Below are positions 27,501 to 42,489 of a DNA stretch of 64,000 bases, piece after piece; the stretch's first letter is position 1, and each line of letters starts with the position of its first letter. Made by a program: the position numbers and the translations under genes. This DNA is from Cercozoa sp. M6MM (lineage: Eukaryota; Protista; Endomyxa: Ascetosporea), in NCBI GenBank assembly GCA_040357565.1, contig JBDODJ010000004.1; one strand, given 5' to 3'. The notes below the pieces were generated by a model, which saw only the letters and a list, made by a program, of their open reading frames with translations, was not told the DNA's origin and did not search any database.

Positions 27501-27751
27501 CTCCTTCCGAGTCCTCAGTCGGAGCGACGGTTCCGCCTACCGCGACGTTTTACCCAGTGCCAAGCAGCACGCCACGTCGGGTGCGCAGCTGCCCAACGTG
27601 CTGCTGCCTGCTCCGCGTGATCACGTGCACTCCATCCCACGTGAGGTACCCCTCCCCCCAACCCTGTTGCTTGTGTCTAACATTTACGTGTTCTGTTCTG
27701 TCTCTCCAGATGCTCTTGGGGGCCCTCGAGTCGGCCGGCATGCCGATGTAG
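24505..27751 (+). CDS. Orphan Ala/Leu-rich multi-exon gene whose introns are filled with C-rich simple repeats
   Basis: ATG at 24505 and GC-rich exons alternating with (ttacccc)-, (ttacctctc)- and 14-mer-filled GT-AG introns. Confidence 0.6.
26381..26510. repeat. 14-bp minisatellite (tggagtgtaccata), ~9 copies, intronic
   Basis: Seen directly. Confidence 0.92.
27330..27425. repeat. 9/18-bp pyrimidine tandem repeat (cttacctct/cttgcctct)
   Basis: Seen directly; it produces the spurious LPLLPL ORF. Confidence 0.9.
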
Positions 27752-28047
27752 CCGTTGTGTTTCACGCAGTTTCAATTTGTTGTTTTAGCAGACTCTGATT
27801 CGGTTACTTTCGCTGTACAAGTAAAACGTGTTATAAACGTCCAAAAAACGATGTCTAGCAGACGTCAATTCTGGGCTAGTATGGGCCGATAGTAGTCGTA
27901 TATTTGGACGAAACCGGCCCAATTTGGGACATTTGAGGCGAAATTATATGAACACGTGATAGCCGTGAGATCCAAAAGAACGTAAGCACCCGTGTGCACA
28001 GTCTATATAATGTTCATTAGAGCGCTTGCAGACGATAACGACGAACC

Positions 28048-28738
<691 letters not shown>

Positions 28739-29190
28739 TCACAAACACACACACACACACTCACAAACACACGCACACAAGCACGCACGTACGCACGCAC
28801 ACACGCACACACACACACNNNNNNNNNNNNNNNNNNNNNNNNNNNNNNNNNNNNNNNNNNNNNNNNNNNNNNNNNNNNNNNNNNNNNNNNNNNNNNNNNN
28901 NNNNNNNNNNNNNNNNNNCACACACACACAACCGCACGCACAAGTTCCTGGTTAATAGTGCGAAGATGTACGCATGGCACCGTGAGTCAGGTGGTACCCA
29001 CGACACCTTTCGCCTTCCTCTGCCAACAACTCTTCCGGACGCACAGGGCAAGCCCTAGAATCACGAAAGAAGCACCCCTACGGTATTGTACCTGTATCCC
29101 TGCGCATGTGTGTGAGTATCTGTGTGTGTGTGTGTGTGTGTGTGCGTGCGTGCGTGTGTGTGTGGTTGATTCTGGCGCTTGTGTGTATAG

Positions 29191-30755
<1,565 letters not shown>

Positions 30756-31105
30756 GTAGTTTAAACCTAATTTAGTACTTGTGTTCTCTATTAAGCTGAT
30801 TTAGGTCGGTCGATTCAAATTATTAAGCAATTTATTAAAGAAATTCAAGGGTAGTAGTCGTCAATTTTGGAACTTTCCGAGAACGTATATACGTCTATAA
30901 GGAGTTTTACTTGTACATGAATGGGTATAACCTATAGCGTCGAATGTAAGTTGTTATGTAATACTTGTAAACTTAAACTTAGTTGTAAATTTACAGTAAA
31001 TTTAAATTTACTTGCACAGTAAATTTTATGTAAACTACGATCCAGCGTTCGACGGTACAATACGGTATGGGTGGCAACATGTCCGTTATTTGACTGGTAT
31101 TTTCT

Positions 31106-31578
31106 TCAACTAGTACTAACAGGAAAACTATTCCCCAGCCAAACACTCAGCCAATAATTATTGCTCATTCGCTCGCACTGTAAGTTTTCCTTCTCCCCTT
31201 TGCGTTCGCCAAAGTTTGTACAGTTGTACATGTTGGCGTACAGTACAAGGATTTGCTGCCGGGGGTCAGGATCCGGAGGGGGTTGGCCATGAGCCATCCT
31301 CGGAAATCTGGGAAAGTGCCCCAGATTTCCTGGCAGTTGAGGATGGCCATGTCTTCGGCGTCGATGCCCAGCTCTCGGCTGAGCTGGACATTCTCTTGAA
31401 CTTGCTCGAGCTTGGCCTCGCAGGCTTCAATGTTGAGGGAGTGTTGGTCTCGTGAGTGAGACCAACATTTCCAGCTCTCCCACACAAAGAAGGTCAGAAA
31501 CAATAGCCAGGTCACCGCGTGGACGATGCGGCTTCCCGTGAGGCGAGGTGTCACGCGCATCGTCGAGTGGTTGCCCAT
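31106..31578 (-). CDS. Small single-TM orphan protein
   Basis: 137-aa ORF with a hydrophobic segment IVHAVTWLLFLTFFVW and a coding-like GC3 bias. Probable GTAC intron near the 3' end. Confidence 0.45.
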
Positions 31579-32254
31579 CTGTCAGTGTCAATATCACGGC
31601 AGATGTCACGGAGGGTGAAGTCTCGATCAACGTAGTATCCTTCAGGTGTTTATCACGCGGCCCGATTAGTAATCACAAGAGTGAAAACTTCAAACAAAAA
31701 CAACCACTCTAACTTTCTTGTTGTCATTCTTCTTACGAATACTATTCATTTTGTCCCGGCGCTCCGGGCGCCGTGACGGATTTCGAAGATCGTGCATTGG
31801 AAGGGTGTCAAGGCGGAAGCCTGAAGTCGCAAGTTCGTCGAGGGCTAGAGGAATAGACCACGAGTAACGTAAGCTTCGGCAGTTGCTTTCGACTCTTCTT
31901 CGCTAAATACAATCGACCGGCGCCGCAACCTGTCCTCCAGGGCCTTCCGAAAGCTGTCTCTTGCAAGCTCCGCCATATCTTGAGCCTCTGTGGCCTCGAT
32001 TCCAAAACGAACTCCTTCTCCAGACGTTATGCACAGATTTATCTGCATTCGTGTTATTCTTTAGGCCTTACAGTGGCGCAGCACGAAAATCAATTCATAA
32101 AGGCCCCTGTAAATCGATGGACCGCGGTTTGTCCTTAATAAATTAATCTGTCCGGCGTACCCTAAAGATCGTGTTTGATGACGTTTCTTCAAGGTCGGTT
32201 AACATTCAGTTCCGGAGTTTACACTGCATTAGCGGATCTCCACCTCTTAGAATC

Positions 32255-32833
32255 ATGAAGTTCCTGGTACGCTGTTGCAGCACAGTATATACTTTTACCT
32301 GGGTGCGTTGGTGCAGGGGAACTGCGTGCTTGTATAGTTTTGTTATTTCGAAAACAACCATCTAAATTTATTTCCTCTGTCTGACAGGCCCTGGCTCTCG
32401 TTGCTGCCGTTCGGGCGCAGTTCAGCTACAAGGTCATTGAGGGCGATAACTGCGAGAAACGCTTCAACGCTTGCCAGCGCAGCGTTGAGTGCGCCAAGAC
32501 CGTGCTCGAGTACGCGGCTGCGTTTGATCGCTGCGTCGAGAAGACGTGCCAACTTGAGGGCCTCTCGGGCTACGAGCGCATGAAGCAGAAGCAAAACTGC
32601 GACCATGAGTGTGCCGTGAACCCGGACGACTTCAAGATCCCGCCGGGTGTCGACCTGCAGCACAGCTGCCGCGAGAGCGAGGCCAAGGGCCGCCACGATG
32701 GTAAGAATTGTCGTGATCATCATCTTCTAGAGTCACTGTCAATATCAACGTACATTTTATCTTATCCATTGTGTGCCTGTGTGCAACAGATGAAGATGTC
32801 GACGGCCAGTTCGAGTACGACTTTAAGCAACAG
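32255..32833 (+). CDS. Secreted cysteine-rich protein, 5' part; exons 32255-32266, 32317-32331, 32388-32700, 32790-32833, then truncated by the gap
   Basis: Splices to MKFLGNCVLALALVAAVRA-QFSYKVIEGDNCEKRFNAC..., a signal peptide followed by 8 Cys. Confidence 0.7.
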
Positions 32834-32861
32834 GCAAGTCCATTTGCTCCAAGACAGTTGC

Positions 32862-32908
<47 letters not shown>

Positions 32909-33008
32909 NNNNNNNNNNNNNNNNNNNNNNNNNNNNNNNNNNNNNNNNNNNNNNNNNNNNNNNNNNNNNNNNNNNNNNNNNNNNNNNNNNNNNNNNNNNN
33001 NNNNNNNN

Positions 33009-33056
<48 letters not shown>

Positions 33057-33220
33057 CCTTCTGGCAGTATCGGCGAGTGACATGTGTGCCTCGCGCATCC
33101 ACTCATCGACTGCAGAGAAGGCATGCTCACATGCGATAGTCCAGTCAGCCCAACTAAGTTTGTACCTTCATCAAAGCGCGAGCGTGCGGGCAAACGTTCC
33201 CTCTGTACAATAGTTGTATC

Positions 33221-33255
<35 letters not shown>

Positions 33256-36200
33256 CGCGCGCGTGTGTGTACCATGAGACAAGCACGATAGAGTCGTCGC
33301 TCACACCGTCGTGACGATGATCGCATCGCGTGTCTCAGCACGTGCACACGCAGTCGCGGCAGCAGCGAGTGCAGCACGTGCCACACCGAGTACACCGCCG
33401 CCGCCAGCACTGCCACATCGCGCTGCACCAGCTTCGTTAGCGTCTTCTGCTCAAGCGGGGTAAACAGGGGGGTAGCGAAGGGGGAGGTAAGGAGAGAACG
33501 CACAACAGTAGGCGTTAAATTCTCCTGTTTCAGTCGATGTCGCAGTGGCAGTACTCGCAACTACAGATTCATGTGCCCAGTAAGACATGCGCCCAGTCAG
33601 ACATGCGCACAGAGGTTTGCCAAACGTACAGCACGTGCATCGCCGCCATTGTGCACATCGCCGTTGTCGAACACGAATTCCAAATCGGCGTGCGACTCTT
33701 CGTCCTACCACAAATAGACACGGTGAAAGTCTCCAGCACATACACATACACGAACAAACATGTCCGACTCCCGTGACACTGGAGGAGTCATCACTCCGCA
33801 CGGACCGTGACGACGGAGTCGGCGAATTTACCGGCGACCGGACCTGCACCACCGTGGCACGGCGTTGTCGCAGCAGCGACACGTCATCCACATCTATCAC
33901 GTGGGGAGAGGGGGTAAAGGAGCAGGGGGAGGAGGGGGTAGGAGTCAACACCATTATCGAACGTGGCAGGCGTGATGGAATCGAAGGGTTGATCCGTGTC
34001 GGTGACACTGCCACTCAGAACGGAACCAATGACGGTGCTGTCACTGTAGCTGTCACCGCCACCCGTGGTCGACGATGCCGGTGACGCTGATGCTGACAGT
34101 GACGATGACGGTGACGATGATGACGGTAACGCCGACGCCACGCGACGCGGTGGCGATCGCTGATAGACACTGCGCAGCTCGTCTAGCGTTTCCTGTGTCA
34201 GGGGAAGGTGGGGTCAACGGGGGATAACGGGGGGGGGGGTTAAGACTAAGGTACCTCGCTCATGATCCTGACCTCCAGCGGCGACGTCAACTTGCCCTAT
34301 CGATACACATCAGTCACCAACGGTGTCACACACCACGTGGTCACTTTCAAGTGGAACCCGTGTGGAAAAAGCTACCGCCGACTGGGACTGCGACGGCGGC
34401 GGTGGTGGTGCCGTCGATGGCATCCTCCTGTGACAACATATACACGTAAGTACATTCACAACAAGGAGACTGAAAGTACGGCATCTTGATAGGCCGACGA
34501 AACTCAAATATCTTTCGTACTGCATAAAGACACATACCAAACACAGAGCAAGAGAAAACCAAGGGTGTAACTAAGGTGTGACTAGGGTGTCACGTTACCG
34601 GCAGGAATGTCCTCCAACACAGGCAATGTGACCTCGCGAGTGTCGTCAGCAGAGAGGTCAGGAGACAAGGCCCTCTGCAGCAGGACCAAGTCACGCAGTC
34701 GAATACCGCATGTCGTATCCCTGTCACCACACGTACAACACACTGTACAAAACAATCCGTGCTCTCAGTTTGGATCAAATTACGTATGGTGGTGGATTTT
34801 CTGCTCCAGTTGCCGCAGGCGTGTTTGCGTCACTCCTCGTAGCACGCCCTATGCACATCTAGTACACACTGATACTCCCATACACACCCCTATCTATTCA
34901 TGTGCGGTACAATGGCAGCATCAAAATGTGACAGTTTTGCCATGTACTCATTGTCCCTACCGAGTCAGAACACAACATAAAACTCGACAACTCAGTGTGA
35001 TTAAATTCGCCTCTTACGGGTGCATATCGGAATCGTTAGTTTCAGCCTCTTCATCACCGGCACACAGATTAAGCAGCTACCAACAATCGCAGGGGTACAG
35101 AGGGTGTGTGTGTGTGTGTGTGTGTGGGGGGGGGGGGGTAAACTGCTACCTGTCGAACAGCACTGCAGTATTCGTCGGCGAACCGAAGCACAAACCTCTC
35201 GTGCACTCCTATACCACCACAAAGAAATAATAAAAGCAAGCTCAAAGGGTTGCGCAGCGATAGAGTACTTTCAGCCAGCGAAATCAAAGTAAGCTTGTTC
35301 TTGCTGTTGTCTGGTAGCGCGTCACTTTCACTCCTGACGAGTATATGAAGAATGAAGCCGTTTATAGCCGGGGTGTCAGACGGCACTTACCGCACTCTGC
35401 ATGACGCCTTGAACATGCTGCGTTGCGTGCGCAGTTTCTACTCCAGCAAAATAATTTACATTACTTTGAAAATATGCAGGTAAAGTAGACACCTGCAATT
35501 CAGCTCGCACGTCACCGAACAGTGCCTGTGCCGGCGAGGCAGGCGATGCACCCGACCACACCAGCGATGACTCGTGTGGACCTATAAGTATGCCATATGA
35601 AGACACATGGCCATGTCAGAAGAGACATAGCGAGTGCACGTACCCACGGTGCGTGGGACAAAGTGAACATTCAGCAAGGCAGCATGTACGAACACATCGG
35701 TGGTGCACAAGTGCGTCGCATCGAATTGCGCCAGGTGGTAGTGTCTGCACACATAGGTACATACACACAAATACACAGACTAGGTCATACGTTGTCTGTC
35801 GTCTGGAGCCTTCAATGAGGTCACGCAGGCATAGTGTCTGCAGACACATGCATGCAGACAGACCACATCCAGTGTAAGAAACACACCGTGCGTGCGACAG
35901 GTGCCATCGAAGCCCGCAATCGCTCCGGCCACTGGAACGACGGCTCGCGCAGTTCGCGTGCGTGCAACTCTTTAAACATTAGTTCTGCCCAGCACACACA
36001 TGTGTTACTACCCTACCCTTCTATCTGCTATCTGCCTTCTATTACATACCAATGCGCAGCAAGCAACGTGAGTCGGCCGCCGCTTGCTTCAGCTCCGACA
36101 GCGACAGGTCGAAGCGAAAGGTGCACCTGTCCCACATGCCACCGTTTGACACAGAAAGGGAGACAGCAAAAATGACGAGGCTTACATTTCGGCGATTCGT

Positions 36201-37053
36201 GTGCATTGGGACTGGAACTGCGCACGTATTCACAGTCTCTTAATGTTCACTCTCAATGCTCACCTGGTCGAGGGTACCTGGACGCGAAAGACGCGCGTGA
36301 TAAAACAATTGGAAGCACCGTCAATGAAGGCCTGTTCCATAGGGGGGTAAAGGAACAAATGGAGGCAACCATAGAGGCACAGTAGCTTACCGGAAACAAA
36401 CGTGCTAGCTCACGATCTCGCGGCAGCACATCGACCTGTCACCAGAGAACATACGGACAGGCATGACCATGTACGAAGGTAACGTTGTATCAGCGAACGT
36501 ATACCGACGAGTCAACGTCAAAAACACCATCGTCAGTTTCTGGTCTGTCCTCTATGTAGATTCCCCGTTTCAAACATAAAAACTAAATCACATAGTACAT
36601 AGTTGAGTTATCTGTGACTGCACGCAGATGTACCGAACTCTGTGCCGTCTGGATGGCCCAGCGCGCGCTTGATTTGAAATGGCATGCCGAATAACCCTGC
36701 ACGCACGAGCAGTGTGACGTTCATGATCACACGGTAACGACAGAAAATTACTCGGGTGCTCGCTCAACGAGGAACCAGCGCAGGCACTCTCCGAATTTCC
36801 AGGCACACCTCCGCCGATCTCGCTCGTGAACTGTGCTCGCTCGGCCTCCTTCTTAAGCTTCGGGTCAACAACATTTGTGTCGATTCCTGGGTCGCCGGCA
36901 AAGGCACAGACCCGCAGTGCGTACAACCCTTGGCGGAACAGGTCGACATTGCTGAAGTCGCCCAAGTGCACGGTCACTTCGAAGACGCCATTCTGCCAAA
37001 ATAAATCTTAGATAGAGCAAAAAACAAATGAAATTTGGCAATCCAACCAGCAT
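33057..37053 (-). CDS. FAM135/DUF3657-family protein; the C-terminal lipase-like domain is presumably beyond the gap
   Basis: FEVTVHLGDFSNVDLFRQGLYALR, AFIDGASNCFITRVFRVR and HYHLAQFDATHLCTTDVFVHAALL match the FAM135 N-terminal motifs. Confidence 0.8.
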
Positions 37054-37269
37054 TTGATTGGCAAAAAAAAAGTTGACACAGCACCATCGAAGCGCCGGGG
37101 GGAACAGCTTTCACTCAGGAAGTTCACTATACTCACTTGCCGCACGCGCAGATGTCCGAGTTCTTGATCGCAGCGCGCACTGTAGTCAAGGATCAATCGA
37201 GCCACAATAAAGAAGATCATGGATGTATGTTGACTAATACCCCTTAGTTTGTAGTGTCACTTTGTGCGT

Positions 37270-38262
37270 ATGGGATTTGAAGCACCAGAAGTGTGGCAGT
37301 GGCCTCCATTCTTCACGTACAGCTTGCAGGTTTTTTGATTAATAAATCAAACTATTGTGTTGCGTACAGGCTGCAGCCAGTGGCTGCGACGAGGCAGAAA
37401 CAGCTGGCGTTGTGGGCGCAGGTGTTGTGCGACTATCTGAAGGCCGTATGTTTTGTTTATCAGAAAACGCGTGTGCTGTCCTAGAGTGTGTAACTGCAGG
37501 AGCATCCGGAAGGAACCGTGATCAATGTGACTGGCGCAGTTTCACAGGTAGTCCTCACAAAATCCCAGTTCGAGAAGAATCTCGAGTGATTTACGTTGCC
37601 TATGGAGTAGATTCCGTTCAAAAACGAAAGCTTGAGTCGAGGTAAAACAAAAACTTAACAGACAGCAGGAACAGCAAAGTGCGTTTGCCTTTGCGTAGGA
37701 CTGGGCGCAGCGGGTGTGCGTGCTGTGCTTGACACCTTGGTTGAAATGGGTCACGCCAAGTGGCAAGGTGCTCTTTCTATCTGTTTGGATGAGTTTGGCA
37801 CAGCCGAAACCTGTAGATGAAAAGGAAAACTGTCTGGCGACACATCGCACGTTCGGCGACTGGGCTACACTACTCTGCAGGGTGCGTGCAGAAGTTATCA
37901 GTTGTGTCTGAACGATTTCTGCTTGTTGATACAGTGGGCTACGTCGGAGAATCACATCAATGACATGTTGACATTGTTTGAAGTACGGAAGGGCGACCTT
38001 TCTGTCGGACAAGGTTCTGCGCGTTTCTTTCTGATGATGGGCGTGGTTTATGATCTGCTTCGCATCAGAGTTCCATGGAGTGTCGGCCAGTGTGATGTTC
38101 GAAACACTCTCGCGTCTGGCTGAAACTGGTACTGCCGCTTGGCTTGTCTGTTTCACGTGCTATGTCTTTGCAGGCCAGGTGGCGCTGTATGAAGGTGCTG
38201 AAAGAGACGAATACGGCGTCAAGTTCCTTCCAGCCGCGGGCAGTTACTCAAGCGCCCACTAG
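37270..38262 (+). CDS. VPS25: ESCRT-II subunit VPS25
   Basis: MGFEAPEVWQWPPFFT|LQPVAATRQKQLALW, LTLFEVRKGD, EFHG and YGVKF. Confidence 0.93.
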
Positions 38263-38826
38263 CGCGCTACAGCTTTGGGTGAGCGCGAGCTAACGTCACA
38301 GTTTTGTTAGGCCAGAAACCTAATTAATCCTACGCTAGTAGGTTTAACTTCAGTTTTGCACTCTCCTACAATACGTACTAGTTCTTGCATCGCTGCGCAT
38401 TCGATAAATAATCGACCACGGACCAAAATGACCGAAAGTAACACGATCGCCGTTTATATGAAGCGCTATCGTGCGGTCGTGTATTTTATCACCACATCCT
38501 TGTCCCTAAGTATCGTCAAAAGCCCCACACTGTGAGAAAATTGAAGTGAATTCCTGGTCGGAGCGCATGGAATCACAAAAAATTCATAAAATACAAAAAA
38601 TCCGGCGCACACGCGATTTGTTTGGTGTCGACTGCACAGAAATGGGTGGGTCCTCTGCACGCTCGATTCCTGGCCGAACGAAAGCTCGCAACGCAGAGCG
38701 CGAAATTCCGCGCATTTGGCACAACAGCGACCACGCGCGCGCTAGTGTGTGCTGGCGATTTTGTGGACACTGTGAGTCTTTGGGCGTGACCTGAGTGCTG
38801 TTCTTGGCCAAACGGTTAGTCCTGCG

Positions 38827-39399
38827 ATGAGCAGTGTGCACAGATTGTCAAAACGCAATCTGGTGTCGTGTGTGCTCTCGCTGTTGTGCTGTTGTTTTCT
38901 ATTTTGTCCTTGGTTCCAGGCAGATCAATCACCCATTTTTGTTATATTGTGTTTGCAGCTTCGTCGAAGATCAAGGCTGCCGAGCTCCGCTCGAAGTCGA
39001 AGGAGGAGTTGCTGAAGCAGCTCAACGACCTCCGTCAGGAGCTCCAGACCCTCCGTGTCGCTAAGGTGGCCGGTGGTGCCCAGGCCAAGGTCTCGAAGAT
39101 CGGCGTTGTGCGCAAGAACATCGCCCGTGTCCTCACGATCTACAACCAGGCCCAGAAGGTACCAACAGCTGCGAGTATGTCCTTGCCGGGTGCAACTGTG
39201 TATCTGACTGGTCTCGTTTTTACAGGATGCCCGCCGCAACTACTTCAAGAAGTCGAAGTACCTGCCGCTTGACCTCCGCGCCAAGGGCACGCGCTCGTAC
39301 CGCCGCAAGCTCTCGGAGGCCCAGCTCGCCAAGCAGACGCTCCGTCAGCAGAAGAAGGAGCTGCACTTCGGCATCAAGAAGTACGCCCTTAAGGCCTAA
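38827..39399 (+). CDS. RPL35: 60S ribosomal protein L35 (uL29); exons 38827-38833, 38959-39158, 39226-39399
   Basis: [19 protein letters not shown]...LRVAKV...[14 protein letters not shown] and [13 protein letters not shown]...KYALKA*. Confidence 0.98.
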
Positions 39400-39796
39400 G
39401 TCTCGCTTGTTTGTGCGCTAAACAAATCTCTCAAAAAACTAAAGCCAATAAATAAAAGTATCACTAAAACCTCGGCATGATTATACTAGTTCAGTTTTTC
39501 TTTGCGTCTGTATGATTCGCCGATGGCTGAAGAGTCGAGGTTTTGTGTCCACGGCGTAAGTGGGGCAGTAGTCACCGGTGACAGCAAGATTGTACCACTC
39601 GTGCGAGTGCCGCCCAAACTCTTGGAAAATGAGATAAGACACATACAACACTACTTCCCGTGGTCGATCATCGCAGAGCGCGCGCCGGGGAAATATTAAG
39701 AAAACCCAAAGAAGGAGCGTCCTGCGTCCTCTATAAGAGCAGGCGTGCTCATAGTGAATAGATTACTGTGTGCGTCTCTCAACAGTTTTTCTAAAC

Positions 39797-41788
39797 ATGC
39801 CTCGCGGTCTGGATCGGCGGCAGCAGGCCCTTGAAATGCGTCGGCGTGCTGAGCCGCGTCGTCAGCGCCTTGAGCAGAAGCGTGAGATGAGGTAAATTCT
39901 CGTATTCTCGATATCCAATCATCCCCGATCGCTTTTGGATTTATTTTGTTGATGGTGTTTTTCTCTTTCTAGTGTGGACGAGCGGTTGCAGTCCGCAATT
40001 TCCCATCTCGGCCAGTCAAAACCTGAACTGGTATGATTACGTTTCTGTCTGGGTGTTGGGAGGTACTTCTTTATTGTAGGCACTCCTCGCAGCACGAAAG
40101 GCTCAAGCTGCCTTGAATGGTACATGCTTGCACTACACGCACATATTTCATGTGTGATTTACTCTGTCGTGTGTGTGTATGTGTGTGTGTATGTGTGTGT
40201 GTGTGTATGTGTGTGTGTGTGTGTGTGTATGTGTGTGTGTTTTCGCAGACAACGATCCTCGCAAGCTTCAGGTACTGTTGCATTTGCTCAGAACACGCGT
40301 GTGTTTAAATTAAAGAATTGCATTATCATAGGCCACCAGGCTGGAGGCAGATGCGTTGCTTGACATGGGTCGATTCGGTGAGGCCGTTCCAGTGTTCCAG
40401 CGAGTCGTGAAGTACAATCGTGATGACTCGGTATCGAACTCTTGTACACTCCGTCAGTGGTTGCGTTACCCAAGTGCACACATGGTACAGGAAGCGTGGT
40501 GCTACCTTGCTCAAGCGAGTCAAGGTGACGAAGCCGTCCGATGCTATGGCAATGCTGCTGATGCGTTGGGACGTGTGCTTAACAACGCCCCACAGGGTAT
40601 TCCTGATATGTATATACATATGTGCGTATTCCTGTACCGTATCGTGTGAGCAGCGGACAGACAACGCCTGCAGTTCGAACAGGCTCGTATGTTGGCCTCG
40701 CAAGCAGAGTGCTACTGTGTGCCGCCACTGTGCGACCAGGTGACACGTTGTATACTCTTTGTATCACACCTGTCTGCTCTTTGTATCGCACCTGTTTCTG
40801 TGCTTGCCAACGTTGATCGGTCGTAGGACGATGCACCGCAGCGAGCCAGGTCGTTGCTGCAGGAAGCGGCCAATATTTCTCCAGGCAACTACGAGGTGCT
40901 GCTGCAACTAGCGTCATTGTGTTCCTTGCTGGCGCACGTTGCCGACAGTGCCAACGACGAGGTAGCGACAACCTTTCAGTATCTTGAGAGTTCTGTATAG
41001 TAGTATCTGACGCGTGCAGGCACAACGCGACAACCTCATTTCAGAAGGCCTGGCAGCGTTGAATCAAGCCGTGCAGGCAATCGTCGCGCTCGACCAGCAG
41101 AATGTAGTGTCTACTCTCTGTCATGTATTTGTTTAAGGCAGTATGATGTTACGATGTGGATAGGAGGAAGTGGAGCACTCAGTGCTTGTGCGTGCTGCAC
41201 AAGAATGCATTAACTATGGTAGCGTGTTGTCCAAGCTGCAAGACTACAATGTAGCGAAAACGGATGACTTGTAGGTGCACATGAACATGCGGCTGCTTTG
41301 GCATCACGAGTCGCCAGTGCTGACGCGCAGGACCTGGTACCTTGTGCTGCCACTCATCTGAAGTGTGTTGTGTATCCACTGTGATAGGATGCATTGGGTG
41401 TGCTCGTGACGGCGGAGCTTTTGCGTGACAACGTCGTTGGTGCCCGAGAGGCTTTCTTGATGCTTGTACTTTCTTTCTCTTTCAAGTTCTGCGCGATTCT
41501 GACTGTATGTCCAAATGTTTGAAGGATGAGCAATTTCCGCCTGAAGAGAAACACAAGGTAACCTTCGCACTATAGACATTTGCAGATTTTTAACTAGCTC
41601 TTTCAGCTGGACACATTGCGCCAAAACGTTGAAACGGCCATCTCGAATGCTGGCGGTAGTTTCTTCTTGTCTGCGTCAGTTGTAAAACTCACGATTTGTA
41701 TGCACTGCGCTTTTTCTATGTAGGCGAAGAAGCGGTCGAACGAATGGCGCTTCAACAAGATGCTGGCATGCATGACGACGAAGATTAG
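39797..41788 (+). CDS. TPR protein, ACL4 (Rpl4 assembly chaperone)-like
   Basis: LDMGRFGEAVPVFQRVV, EAWCYLAQASQGDEAVRCY and DAPQRARSLLQEAANISPGNYEVLLQLAS, with the acidic end HDDED* (TAG 41786-41788). Confidence 0.6.
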
Positions 41789-41864
41789 TTAGTCAGTTAA
41801 GTCTTCTAGGAAACCAACTATCGTATGTAGTTCCCCTGCACCAGTCCGGGGTGGGTCACAAGAG
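41788..41864 (-). mobile_element. SINE-like element, copy D, with a 14-bp target-site duplication
   Basis: gacgacgaagatta at 41774-41787 and 41865-41878. On the minus strand the element ends in the tail ttaactgactaac. Confidence 0.92.
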
Positions 41865-41924
41865 GACGACGAAGATTACACCTGACCACAGAGACCACAG
41901 AAACCCGGGTCGTGTTCGCACTAA

Positions 41925-42085
41925 CGACTGTACCTGACAGTCGCCGACGTCGACTACGTTAGCCGTATTTTAGCTGGCTAGACCGTTACGTTACCATGGC
42001 GCGCAGGCACACCGGCATCGCATCTATATCCGATGCCGGTGAATCACGATGTGCTCGTGTCGCCGGCGCGTAAATATACCGTGGT
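41925..42085. other. Highly self-complementary intergenic segment, candidate structured RNA
   Basis: Stems 41925-31/41937-43, 41993-99/42079-85, 42000-08/42062-70, 42010-20/42031-41 (11 bp perfect) and 42045-49/42055-59. Confidence 0.45.
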
Positions 42086-42489
42086 TCAGAAAAGGCCGAG
42101 TAAATGCATGAGGTTTATTTCAGGTCTCAGTTTGCAGTGAGTTCAAACCGCGTTTCTCGCGTTTAAACTTAAAAGAAATGGTGGTATTTGCTTGTCCGCG
42201 CGGGTCCAAGAAAGCGAAATGATCTTGAATCACTTCTGTTGACGCGGTTCGCTCCGTTGTGTATCGGTAAGTGGCCTGTAAGCTCTTCACCTGTTGAAAG
42301 ATGTGTGAGCTGCGATCTTGCCCCTCCACCCAATAACTAACTTTATATCATTCCAGGCGCGACGCGAAACTCTCGTAGATCTAGAACGAGCTTCTTCGTT
42401 TCCCGGGTCACGGTGTCTCAAGACGCTCTTTCTCGCTTGAGATTCCAGGCTGAAATTGCTGCTTTTCGTTTTCCCAGGGTGACTTCAGC

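Noticed and set aside
31845-32230. Small minus-strand gene candidate
   Set aside because: A consistent exon chain and start could not be built.
41993-42085. Three-way junction as a hammerhead ribozyme or tRNA
   Set aside because: No CUGANGA/GAAA core on either strand, and no T-loop or anticodon geometry.
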